NCBI RefSeq assembly: GCF_001949145.1
Contig: NW_019091359.1
Location: 62,001-126,000, forward strand
Direction of reading: 5' to 3'
Length of the DNA: 64,000 nucleotides
DNA from: Acanthaster planci
Taxonomy: Eukaryota
Below, one piece after another: positions 1-12,058 of this stretch. Position 1 is the first letter of the stretch. Each line of letters begins with the position of its first letter. The notes beneath the pieces were generated by a model, which was not told the DNA's origin, did not search any database, and saw only the letters and a program-made list of their open reading frames with translations. Made by a program: the position numbers and the translations under genes.

Positions 1-694
1 ACTGAAATAGAAAATAAGTGACATTAATTGACCTGATAGAAAAATAGGAATAAAATATGGAATTGACGGAAAATTCTGACATACTGACTTGTATTAAACC
101 GACTACATATCAATCTCTAGTATTGAGACTCAGAAAAGAAAACATTCAGAAGGCAAGCACAAAATGCATCCAATCTAGCAAGATTTTTGGGCATATCCAA
201 AGGTATTTTTTCCAATGTTCAACACCTTTCTCAAAGTCTTACCCACGAGATATTTTTTAAAGACAGTTCAAACAAAGTTATTAGATGATTGGCACACCGT
301 AAGAAATTAGTGTCGCCGAGTATCCTTGACTTCTTTGGTGTTGGTATTACGTCAGTGTTCCTATGCAGATGCAATACGTTTTGTGCCTGTGCGTGGCTTG
401 CAACTGCCATCACACAGCTGACGACTCAATCACTTCTATCATCGTGTGTTAGTTGAGTCCACGGTAAGTCATGGTAAATAAATCATAACTGTCTTAATTT
501 TCTTTTTCTCTCCACATACGATGAACAGGGTCGCGAGAGAAGGCAAACAAACTGCAGACTTTTTAGAACTAGGAAGTCTGTACATATATTTTGATTTGAA
601 CAGCAAATGGCCTATTTTTGTACTTTTTCTTACATTCCGTCAGTTTTGCAGTCAGATATTAAATGAAGTTTAACGAGCTGTATCAATTATTACA

Positions 695-1018
695 TGTAGT
701 GGGGGGAAAGGATTGGACACTCATAACGTATCCTACCCTCGCTCGGCATCCTTCGGTTGGCAGGTAGGTGAGGCGCCACCGCGCGGCGGTGGGTTGTTCC
801 CGAAACTTGCTGCCGCCACGTGGATGTGCCTCGTAATCCACCAACTCAGAACCCAGTGAGCGAGAGAATAAACCCAGAGTGCCAAACACACCGTCTTTGG
901 AACTTTATTCCCTCGAACTGCCACCAACCACCCTGTCATAACAGAACTATAATCGGACTCCCTCCCTCTCCAGTTGTGTCCCATTAGGCTCTCTCGCTCC
1001 TTCTCCTCCCTCCCCACA
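695..1018 (+). repeat. 5' LTR
   Basis: TGTAGT...CCCCACA; about 90% identical to 6488-6810 by manual alignment; contains AATAAA. Confidence 0.92.
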
Positions 1019-1019
1019 A

Positions 1020-1035
1020 GTGTCAGAAGTAGGAT
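1020..1035 (+). other. Primer-binding site, tRNA-Leu type
   Basis: GTGTCAGAAGTAGGAT resembles TGGTGTCAGAAGTGGGAT, the complement of a tRNA-Leu 3' end; lies immediately after the LTR. Confidence 0.75.
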
Positions 1036-2070
1036 GAGACTGGTTTCCAAGTGATCTTCGGCACTTGCATTGGTGGCGGGAATATCACGGCGATTCGAGT
1101 TAAGCAGGGGGGTGGGAGATGTGATTAAAGTTTATCTTAATGGAGGATAAACTCTCCCTAGACACACTCCAAGGAAAACTGCATCAGGACTGATAAAGTC
1201 AGAAGGGGGGATTCTACCCCAGCCTGGAGGATGGAAGAATGACATCTATGAACCGATACTCCCAGTCCAACCAAAACCTGAGAAAGACTCCCCCATGCCC
1301 ACCGTAGTGATGGCTCTAGACAGGAAACTCCCCAGTTTCAGTGGACACGGTGACATAACTGGCCGAAGCACACCGATAGACGAGTATGTCACTGCTATCA
1401 AGCTTGCCTCCAGCGCTATCAAGTCCCAGAGGGACAGCAGGGGCAGTTTATACTGGACACGCTCAAGGGCAGTCCCCCTTAGAAGTTAAGGCATTGCTCT
1501 CCAATGGGGCTACAGTGGATGATGTTCTCGGCTACCTCAAGTCATCGTAGGGGAAACACTGACAGTGAGTATGCTTCAAAGGCACTTTTTGGAACAGAGG
1601 CAGGGCTGTGGAGAATCTGTTCGAGATTTCGCTGTGGCCTTACAACGGATTTTCCTTCCAAAAGAAGGACCCAGGCTTGTTCAAAGACCCCTGATGCAAT
1701 AGTTCCAGAACAGTTTGACGGTCTCAGTCCAGAGGCCGTGAGAGTGCCTCGGCACCAACTGCAACTGCGCCAGTGACATCTGCAGAGATCAAGGTAGGCC
1801 AGGATACCATCAGGAGACTGGAGCAACAATTGGAATGAATGATGCAGTTGCTAGGTGCTCTCGTGACGTGTATTCTATGCAAACAGCTGCTACAGTTGCC
1901 AACTCAGCACAGCAACAACCTACTTCTAGCCACCAAGGCCCCACACCTGCGGTAAACAACAACCCTCGGCAGTAAGGAGCCAGACTGTCGGAGGGGAATC
2001 GGATGGCTCAACATTCTCCACCAAAGCAGTAAGTGACTGTTATACAGTTGGTGCCAAATTTGGAGAGACC

Positions 2071-5000
2071 GAGGTGGCATGTTTAGTGGACACGGGATCA
2101 ATGGTCACTACTATCACTGAAAATTGTTACAACCATCATTTAAAGGGACTTGGCTACAAACTAAAGAACATACCCGAGTACTTTAGACTCTACTCCGCTA
2201 ATGGTGCAACAATTCCCTATCTCAGCTTTTCCTTGTAATAAGGGAGGCACAATCCAACTCAGCTAATGGCACATCCGCTGGCATACTTGGCATGAATGTC
2301 TTGAAGAGGTGTTGGCCCAAAGTACCCTGCCTGAAAGTCCACAACAACCAGTTCCAGGAACCAGCAGGCTCAAACAGAGATTTTCTGTGGTTATCACCAA
2401 TGAGACTGACCATGACATTCATCTTCCGCTGCATGGATGCTTGGGTATGCTCTGTCCTGTTGATGAAGTGGCACCATTCTGCGAAGAGGAGCCAAAGCTA
2501 CTTGATGACTTGATGGAGGGGGTACAGCTAGGACTCTATCTTCTGTCTCAGCGACAACTACACTTGGCGCTGACCCGTCTGCCCCTCAGGAAGTGAAGGT
2601 GGGAGATCAGTTGTCAGGGGAAGAACGAGATAAGTTCAGCCAACTTTTGTAGAGGTATGATGATGTCTTCTCTAAGCATGACCTTGACCTGGGATTTTGT
2701 GACATAGTTCCACATACAACCAACACAGGCAACAAGGCACCAATTCGGCACCGATATCGGTCTCTACCCCCTCCCAGTATAAAGAAGTCCACCAGCATAT
2801 CCAGGATTTGCTTGAGGCCAAAGTGATACGGGAAAGCTGCAGTCCCTGGGCCTCGCCTATCGTCGTGGTGAGAAAAAAAGTCAGTAAGGATGTGCGTGGA
2901 CTATTGTAAGCTAAATACCATCACCGCGAAGTCCTCATTTCCAATACCCCGCATAGATGAATCCCTGCAGGCCTTGGGTGAAGCACGGCACCTCAGTGTG
3001 CTTGACCTTACATCTGGGTATTATCAGGTGGCCACGGCAGAAGAGGACAAGGAAAAAACTGCATTTGCTACACTGTTTGGCTTGTGAGAATTTGAGAGAC
3101 TTCCCTTTGGTCTGTGTAACAGCCTAGCCATCTTTCGATGGATTATGCAGAGATGTTTTGGTGACCAGGCATTCGAGAGTTTGCTCAATTACCTCGACCT
3201 AATTGTCTACTTGATCTCTTTTGAAGAGCACCTACACTGATTAGAGCTTGTGTTTTCCTGCCTGAGGCAACATGGGCTCAAGCTAAAAGCCTGAAAGTGC
3301 GAGCTTTTCAAGACTCAGCTCAAATACCTTGGTCATCTGGTTGCTGCCGGTGAGGGGGTGAAACCCAATCCAGACAAGGTAAAGGTATAGTGAAGGATTG
3401 GCCAGAACCAAGTACCCTAACTGAGCTGCGCTCCTTCCTCGGTTTTGCCAGTTTCTTCAGGTAGTTTGTGCCACAGTTTGCCACCATAGCTGCCCCTCTG
3501 CAAAAGCATCTGCAGGGAATACCAGTGAAGGAGAAGACCCAGTCCGGGAAGACGACTGTGAAACTTGATGGATCTGTAAGGGCTACATTTTTGTCACTGA
3601 AGCAGAGATTGATTGAGGCACCTGTCCTGAGGTTTGCGGATTTTTCTCTCCCCTTTATCTTGGAGACAGATGCTAGCTCATGTGGTCTGGGCGCAGTTCT
3701 CTCACAAAAGATGCCAGATGGTTCAAAAGCAGCCATAGGTTATGCTTCTCCCTTTCTTTGTCGTGTCGAAAGGCGGAACAAAGATTAGTCCTCTTTCAAG
3801 TTGGAGTTGTTGGCCATACGTTGGGCTGCGTGTCAGGCTTTTCGAGACTACTTACGAGGCAATTGATGCATAATCTACACCGACCACAATCCCTTGAAGT
3901 ATTTGGATACAGCTAACCTGAGTGTTGTTGAGTTACAATGGGTGCAGCAACTGGCATTATTTGATTTTCAACTGGAGTACCAGTCTGGCAGAAGCAACCG
4001 AGCAGCAGATGCCCTTTCAAGACACCCATTGGTGAGGCTGAGGAGGGACAGCAACTGGAGGTGTCGTCTGTTGCGGTGTCCGGTATTACTTCTGGTGATA
4101 CGGAACTACCTTCAATGTTCTGTCCACAAATCCAGGCTTCGGCTGAGGGGGGTAGTCTGACCCTCCCTGGCTATTCCCAGGAAGAGTTAAGGAGCCTTCA
4201 GCATGCTGATAGAGTCCTGCCGAGAGTAATTGTCTACCATGAGAACAACCAGAGAGCTGCACGCCAAGAAAGGGAGAATGATGGGAAGGATGTGGCCAAA
4301 ATGCTACGGCATCGAGACCGATTCTTCTTCAAAGAGGGAGTTCTGTATCAACACTGGATAAGTTCCAGTACTGAGAAGTGGGACCGCTTGGTTGTTCCCA
4401 GCGTGGTGACCGACACCATTTCGCGCCTCTTTCATGTTGATGCTGGTCATTTCGATGTTAAACGCACCCTCCAACTGATCCGCCCCCCTCTTCTTCTGGT
4501 TGGGTCTGGAGTCCAGAGTCAAGAAATGGTGTGAACAATGTCAACGCTGCACAATCGGCAAACGACCAAACAGGGGAACAAGGCCTCCAATGGGTAACCT
4601 CCAGGCTACTGCTGCAATGGAAGTGGTGCCGATTGATTTTTCTGTGTTGGAGGCCTCGAGTGATGGTTTTGAAAATGTCTTTGTCATCACAGATGTGTTT
4701 ACATAGTATTTGTGGGCCATAACGGCAAGGGACGAACGGGTAGTTACAGTGGCTAAAATGCTTGTCAAGCACGTCTTCCTCCCATTTGGTGCTCCTCTAC
4801 GTATCCATTCTGACAATTGGTGGTGCTATGAAGCAAAGGTTGTACAAGAACCCGGCAACCTATACGGTGCCGGGGACTCACACACTACCCCATACAGGCC
4901 CCAAGGTAATGGTCAATGCAAATGCTTTAACCGCACACTGCATAACCTGCTTGTCGCTCTCCTGGAACACCGCAAGGCCAGATGGACTGAAAGTCTGCCG

Positions 5001-5430
5001 CATCTTGTCATGCTCTATAACAACACGGCCCATGCCAGCACTGGATACGAGCCGGCCTACCTAATGATGGGAAGGAGGTTCCGGCTTCCTCAACACCTCC
5101 TGCTTGGTGTAAGTCACAAACAGCCTCATAGTGAAAGTCCCCACCAGTATGCTCAACAACTATGCAGGCAGATGGAGCATGCTCACGACTGCAATGACAA
5201 ATATTGACATCAACACTGCTAAGCGTCAGGTTCGCCATGCTAAACACATCCTCGAGGCACCTGTTAACCGTGGTGACTTTGTGCTCATACGTGACAGAAA
5301 ACAGCGGGGCAGAGTGAAGATTCAGGACCACTGGGAGGCAAACCCCTATATGGTAGTTGACTGACCATACCCACAACAGCCAGTCTACAGAGTTCGGGAC
5401 CCAAAGGGCATGGAAAAAGTGCTTCATCAC
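2071..5430 (+). pseudogene. pol: Gypsy pol (protease, RT, RNase H, integrase) with many stops and frameshifts
   Basis: Protease EVACLVDTGSMVTTI at 2071; RT SPWASPIVVVRKK (2841), RMCVDYCKLN, LDLTSGYYQV, YLD-LIVY (second Asp lost); RNase H FILETDASSCGLGAVLSQ; integrase GHF..C..C, IHSDN, TTPYRPQGNGQ; C-terminal KIQDHWEANPY. Confidence 0.93.
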
Positions 5431-6163
5431 TGTGAGAACAAACACTGCCCTTGGAAAGTGAAACCCCCTGAGACAACAGTGGACTAAGTGTCATCTTCAG
5501 CTGTGCCCCCACCAAGCTCTTCCGAGGACACATCCGCAGCTGGTGATAGATGGGTCGCAGTCTTGACCTTTGCACCCAAAGCAGTCCCCACGGTGATCAA
5601 TTCGCCACAGCTCCCTCCTGACCCTGAAATACCAGCACCCTATCAAGATGTGTCGGAGGGAAATCCTGTCAATGCTGAAGGCAACACCATTTGTACATGA
5701 CTCCTATCACCAACTCCTATCTAGTCCTGCGGGGGGACAGCTCCACGAGTTCAATGCCAACTTGCGCTGCTTCGAACAAGACTTCTTCCAGCAATGACAA
5801 TCACCGGGAAATGCCGAGAGTAACCAAGATGGAACCTTCTCCACCCTCAGCCCCAGATTCTCATGAGCAGTTGAAAGCACCAGAGCCAATTGCCATTCTT
5901 CGAACAGTGGACCCTGCATCACAGGACGAGGCCCAGTCTGCATTCACCGTGAAGCAACCATGAGAGGGAGACCTCCGGTCAGGTAACAATCTAGTGTTCT
6001 ATCAAGACTCCTCACCCAAGTCAAGGACATTGTGTCGGGTGACACCGACTCTTGAGTGTGACTCTGATAAGAAGCAATCCAAAACTGCCACCGTCTATCT
6101 AGTGGACCTTTGCATTTCCAGTGATGAAAGGCTTATGGATATTGATGGTTATAATGCATACCA

Positions 6164-6445
6164 ACACTGGTTGTGGTATTTGCAGTCTTCCAATGTTGTA
6201 AAGGTTCATGATGCCATGTATTGTCAGTTGTCACTAGTTGACCCATTGCCATTTAACATGTTTTTTCAGTGTGTAAATTCTTGTTCCAAATTTAGAACAT
6301 TCTGAAGACACTGGTTGTAGTGTTCATAGTTTTCTAATATTGTAAAGGTTCATGACACTATGTCTTGTTACTATTTGTTCCATTGCCATTTAACATGTTT
6401 TCTTCAGGATGTTAATTCTTGTTAAAAGATTTAGAACCTTTGTCT
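6164..6445 (+). repeat. Two diverged ~144-bp tandem units in the Gypsy 3' untranslated region
   Basis: ACACTGGTTGT...TTGTAAAGGTTCATGA...CCATTGCCATTTAACATGTTTT...TTTAGAAC starts at 6164 and at 6308. Confidence 0.85.
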
Positions 6446-6487
6446 GACAGTCGTCAGGGCCGATGACTATAGTGGCCTTTGGAGGAA

Positions 6488-6810
6488 TGTAGTGGGGGGA
6501 ATGGATTGGACACTCATAACGTATCCTACCCTAGCTCAGCATCCTTCAGTTGGTGGGTAAGTGGGGTGCCACCGCTTGGCGGTGGGTTGTTGCCGAAACT
6601 TGCCACCACCACGTGGATGTGCCTCGTAATCCACCAACTGAGAACCGAGTGAGCGAGAGAATAAACCTAGAACACCAAACACATCGTCTTTGGAACTTTA
6701 TTCCCTCGAACTGCCACCAACCACCCTGTCATAACAGTACTACAATCGGACTCCCTCCATCTCCAGTTGTGTCCCATCCGCCTCTCTCGCTCCTTCTCCT
6801 CCCCCCCCAA
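6488..6810 (+). repeat. 3' LTR
   Basis: Direct repeat of 695-1018, preceded by a PPT-like GGAGGAA (6481-6487). Confidence 0.92.
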
Positions 6811-7112
6811 AGTGAGATGAAACTTTTTCTCAACTAACTGATTATCATCAACCACTGACAGCTGCACATGTTTTATAATCACAGTACTCATTAAAATAAC
6901 ATAAATAATGTCTTTCTTGTTGAATGTTTTGATCAATCTGCAATAAAATTCACTATCTGAAATACAATTAACCTCATTCCAGGAAATCAGATACCACTAA
7001 TAATGTTTACAGCACCTTAAATATCAATCCCTCTGACAGTCTTAGTTTACCTTTGTAAGACAGAATAATGACAAGACAACAACCCATCATCAGGTGTATA
7101 TCAAGCTGAATC

Positions 7113-9198
7113 TTATGTTGGGTTTGTTTGTATCCAGTGAGTGGACATCACAGACTTAAGAATGCTCACATCGTCGGTCAGCCCTCTGACCTCTCTACGT
7201 ATTTTGTTGAAGCAAACATGGATAGCCTCTCCTCCTTGTTCACCGCGGAAGCCAAGACCCACTTGCCATCGCGAGATCCAAGGTATGACATGTTCTTCCA
7301 GGAGGTGCATCTTAGGTGTCACCGATTCATCCCTGAACTTGGTGCAGAAGAACTGCGTGTATTGCTCGATACAGCTGTCTACGTTATTAAAATGTCCAAA
7401 CAAAACAAAAAAAAGCAAATGTCGGAAATGTATAAAAGAACAATTCCTGGTTTATGAGTGTTAATGGGGTACATTGGACTAATCTCTCAGGTAGTTTTCA
7501 GAAGGCAAGTTCAAACATTGTACACATTGTACTACTATGTACATGTAGATTGGAATCCATGGAGGAAATGATGGACAAATTTTAGCAAGGCAGGAAAATC
7601 TCAGAAAACTGTTCTTGGGAAGCAGTATACTCAAATAAGCCATTTGCGAGTTACGTTTGAATAAAATCTGGTGCACTGAGTTCTTTCATGTGAACATAAC
7701 TTGAATTCTCCATACAGAAACCACTGTTGCTATACCTCGTGATTCGGGGCAAGCTTTTGCTTAGTTACAAAAGAGACGCCTTGCAACAATACATTGTTCT
7801 CAATGGATAAGAACGGCACAAAGGAACCAGTCCATTCAAGAGATGGTGAGCGCTATGCAAAAGCTTGCCCCAAGTCACGAGGTATAGCAGCAGTGTCTTT
7901 AGTCTGGGGAATTAAAATTGTTAAGTTTCTGTGCTATCAGATAACACAGTGTACCAGATTTCATTCAAATCTAACTCGCAAGTGACTTAATGACTCTGCA
8001 TCCTGCAAGATTCAAAACTGGGTTTGAATGTGAAAAGCAAGGAACTTACCTGCTGCCAAGTGGTATGCAGATATGAAATTCTTTGACCTTGTGTCTGCTT
8101 TGTGCTTACCAAGTTCTTCTATCTCCTCTGTACCGAGCCTTCTTACAACATTGCATTTGTTGTGACACCTTAAAAAGAGTGTGAGCAGTTGATGATACTT
8201 CCTGGAAAGGTTGTCAGCATTGTGCATCTTGGAAGGCGAAGCTGGGTACAACTCCTCAGTTTTCCGGACAATGGAGGATGTCGGTTTTCTGATATTGTCC
8301 TCCTGTTCACAGTGGAGGTAAACAACTTCATTTAAGTGTGTGCAACGCTGAGCATGAATGTATCTTTATTACACATCTTGAAATAGTATAACAAGCTATG
8401 CATTTGGTTTGTACCTGGCAACATTTGTGCACGTGGTTCTCAACGAATGCATTTCCATGATATGCCTGCCCGGCGATGAACTCCCATTTCCTGCAGAGTC
8501 TTGTGCAGCTGAGAAGTCAGGGGTCCTCAGCCGCACTGCAGGGTGGTGCTCTTCCTCAGAGATGCTGCAGCTGATTTCTGGAAGAAACATTAAATTGCAG
8601 TGCAACCAAACCGAGGAGGGGGTGGTTCTGAAATCTGGGTCAGCTTTGAAGAACTGAAGTTCACGGAGGGGTCCATGGAAAATGCTACACAAGGATCACT
8701 TGAGCCAATTAAGCTATCTCCCGCTTATGGGCAAACTTTTATCTTTTTTGGATAATGTAGACCTTATTAGTACTTTGAGGATGCACATGCATCAACAGCT
8801 GTCCCTCAACCCCTGCTTTGGCCTGGTACTACTTGTATCCTCACCTTTTCCTTATGTTTGGCCAAGTTCTCCTGTACAGCATCTGACAGCAGCATCACTG
8901 TGACCATGTTATCACTTGCGCTTGTTGTTTGAAGCACCAGAGCTGACAGTTGGACTTCTAGCGCTGCCCCATTTGCTTTCCAGGCATCTGCTTCCTCCTC
9001 TAGTGCAAGGGCATTTCTTATGTCAGCTGTGTATTCTCCAAATTTCTTCTCCGGGTTCTTCTCTTCTTGTACATGTAGCTCTCCAGACATTGCCAAAGTT
9101 TTGCTTAGCTTGGCATCAAGCTCATGACGGGCATTTTGCAAACCGACATAATACTTTAGAAAAATGGCCAGGCTTATGTGAAGACCTGGTTGACACAC
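7113..9198 (-). pseudogene. Intron-containing DDE transposase remnant of the Chapaev/Transib/RAG1-core-like type (C-terminal half); exons 9198-8845, 8577-8415, 8302-8110, 7378-7113
   Basis: GT-AG junctions with matching phases (0,0,1). Motifs VCQPGLHISLAIF, GPL..L...L..MGVHR/QAYHGNAFVENHVHK, LF.RCH, VTPKMHLLEEHV, GLGFRGEQGGEAIH..FN. In-frame TGA at 8529-8527 and a frameshift near 8470 in the second exon. Confidence 0.75.
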
Positions 9199-11579
9199 CT
9201 GAACGAAAGTATGTGTCCAAACAGAATGAATGAATTATGAGCTTTGGTTCAAGTAGATCACAGTGTGCTTATATTGTTGAGAGTGAGTCTTACAGACTCT
9301 GGTCAACAATAGTTGGGCCAGCCCAACTGTAGCACTACAGTTGGGACTGTCCTAGCCCAGGTTGGCTTCCTATTAAACCATACTAGAGGGAGTCCAGGAT
9401 ATAATAAACGGAGCAAAATCGGGCGAAAATTTTGTAACTAAATTTTTCAACACCGCTACCTTTTCAAAGGAGCCAATTTCACGTCTGTAACTCCTATGCA
9501 TCCTTATCTCCACAGCTGGTGGGATAAGAAATTCAACACATCACCACCAAAGACAAAAACGGGAAAATAAAGTCTGATGTAACGTTAATTCTTGCCATTG
9601 TTGTGGACTGTTTCAGCCATTTTCAAGTGCAGTTTGTACAGTGTGCACATGCAACTATCTAGTGCACGAGATTCCGAGCTGCGTACACACACACATCAAA
9701 ACTACATTGACTGCAACCAGCAAAACTAAAGTTTAACCGAACCCACTCATTGTGAAAATGTTCACATAAAGCATGCACAATGTGGTTCTCAGCCCTGAGT
9801 ACCATTGATTGCCAGGCCGAGCACACACTATCGGGCCAGGGGCGTGGCGAGGGTGTGGCGTGCGTTGGTGACGGTTGGCCTAAGTTACCTGCACACAAGC
9901 TGAGTCTACTACGGCCAGTAGTAGGGAAAGCTAAAATTCATAATTTGTACAAATCCTGGCCAATTTCTAGCATGTATTATGTGTTAACAGGTGGACTTAA
10001 AATAGAAAAAAAGGTGTCAACAGAATTTGATAGAAGTTAAGGGACTCCCGGCAGTTCCGTGTCGAGGGGAGAGGGTATTGTAGCATTTTCTGCAATTACT
10101 TGAATTATTTGTGTTACCAGGGTGTGCTGAGGTACCGGGGTCAAAGGGGGTACCCAGGGTTCCAGTTCGCTGTGGCAGAATAAAATAATGATGATCAACG
10201 GAGGGATTCTGGACTGGCAACTAAAACAATGCACAAATTTAATGAAGTACACTGAATGAGTTGTCATGTGCACAGCGCCCTCAATTGACCTGGCCACAGC
10301 AATGGAAAGTTTTGTTTGGTGGTGGGCCTTAAAATTTCTCTCTGTCCACATTTGCATTTACTTCTTTTAGTGAATTTACATTACTCAGACACTCTCGATA
10401 GAAGCGACATTAAATTGATTGTACACAGACCATTGGTACCGATGGTCTGTGATGGACCAATAAGGAAACAGTGCCCATGGCTTGTGTACTGCTAGAACGT
10501 AGCCAATAAGAGTACCCATGCTCACCTGCTCCACACCCACAGTGGCCTTTACGATCCAGAATTACAAGCACATAAACAGCGGGATGACCACAGGGTTTTA
10601 CGAGCGCTGTGACAGCATGTTGTTTCGTGATTTACCACTGCACTGACCTTCAAGGCGGTGGCTGGGTTTGTCAAGCACCTGAATATTAAAACATAAAGTC
10701 AGCAATAGTAAGGAAAAAGAAAGAACAGTGCAGTGGGGAAAATTTGCAAACTGCCTGGTGGAAGCCGCAGCAAAACGAAATAGAGTAGTGCACACTTATT
10801 AAATTAGCTCTAAGGCAAGGATATTGAATAATCGGCTCCCCAAAAATGTATGCCTGCATGCGCTTCCATTTTTAGAACCGGACAGTGTATTGTGTGAAGA
10901 AACTGAACCATTGCAAACTAGTTATTCTCTGTTTATTCCACTGGGCAACTCAATATGAGAATCCAGAAAGACTGATAAAAATCATGTTGATTCAATACTT
11001 CGTTCTTTATTCGGAACATTTTCAGGAACATCTTTAGATGGCTTTCATTAGTCTTTTGTTTTTCATTCTGTTGAGATATCTGAATGTTATCAGTTGATCA
11101 CCTACTGGTTTCCACTAGGCACGTACTGGGCTAATTATACACATGTCCATGTATTGTACAAACTGTGCGATCACAGTAAAAATTGGCCCGAAGACGGTGC
11201 TGAAATAATGAAGTCAATGTGAACCGCTTTACCAAAATGTCCCCGGTGTTTTTCATGTGTATGAGCTGATTTTAACATTAATATCAGGAGCCCCCATTTA
11301 CTTATGTCTTGTGGTTAGTTTTATTACCCTTCATGGGCCAACTGTGCCTTTCCCGCAACCAGTGGTAAGCAGGGTTCAAGGAGGACTAGAACAAGGGCAG
11401 ATCCAGCCTCATTAACATACAGAAATACACAGGGGTGAGGGTTCCATGGCCCCGTTTGGTCCCAGCCTGTCCATTGTATTCTTGTATTTTAATGGGGCTT
11501 GATCCGCCCGTCGAGAAGGCACACTTGGCTGTTTCCTTGACAGAGAATGGACCTATGGACTGATCTTTATGATGATGTT

Positions 11580-12040
11580 GGAGGGAAAAGTGGGGTGCGA
11601 GAAGGGAAAAGGGGGTGCAGGATCGAATTTGGAGTATTCAGTATTGTCAAGTCAAAAGCGAGGTTCAAGAATGGAAAAGAGCAGGATCGAATTTGCGTGT
11701 GGGGAGTATTCAGTTTTGTCTACTCAAAAGCGAGGTTCAAGAACGGAAAAGAGCAGGAGCGAATTTGCAGTGTGGGGAGTATTCAGTTTTGTCTAGTCAA
11801 AAGCGGGGTGCGAGAAGGGAAAAGAGGGATGCAAGAAGGGAAAAGTGGGGTGCGAGAATGGAAAAGTGGGTGTAGGAGAAGGGAAAATTCCGAGAAGGAG
11901 AAAGTGTGTGCTAGAAGGCAAAAGTGGAGTGTGAGAAGGGAAAAGTGGGATGCGGGGACGAATTTGCAGTGTCTTGAGTCTTGTTAAGTCAAAAGCGGGG
12001 TGCGAGAGGGTAAGGGAAGGGGTGCGGGCGTCAATTTGCA
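11580..12040 (+). repeat. Purine-rich minisatellite (~63-bp units plus ~21-bp subunits)
   Basis: Repeated GTCAAAAGCG(A/G)GGT..GAGAAGGGAAAAG..GCAGGA.CGAATTTGC..GTGGGGAGTATTCAGTTTTGTC. Confidence 0.85.
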
Positions 12041-12058
12041 GCAAGTTGTGTCTTCACG

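Larger units (their letters stand above)
695..6810 (+). mobile_element. Ty3/Gypsy LTR retrotransposon, full-length structure, inactivated
   Basis: Two ~320-bp direct repeats starting TGTAGTGGGGGG (695, 6488), PBS after the 5' LTR, purine tract GGAGGAA before the 3' LTR, internal domains in PR-RT-RNaseH-INT order. No clean TSD seen. Confidence 0.95.

Noticed and set aside
5488..5963. env-like or extra ORF after integrase
   Set aside because: Short, P/S-rich, interrupted, with no signal peptide or TM segment; consistent with a decayed pol tail.
7113..9198. Calling the transposase a true RAG1/ProtoRAG
   Set aside because: It lacks the RAG1L-specific wording (NYxHK, SEGNE) and no RAG2-like kelch gene is visible; assigned only to the broader lineage.
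9259..9265. CACAGTG RSS-heptamer near the RAG-like gene (also at 13348 and 14608)
   Set aside because: No nonamer at 12/23 spacing and no paired inverted terminus; a 7-mer is expected by chance.
11547..12044. ORFs of 75-146 aa and a CRISPR-like periodicity
   Set aside because: A minisatellite with repeated rather than unique spacers; no cas genes; eukaryotic context.
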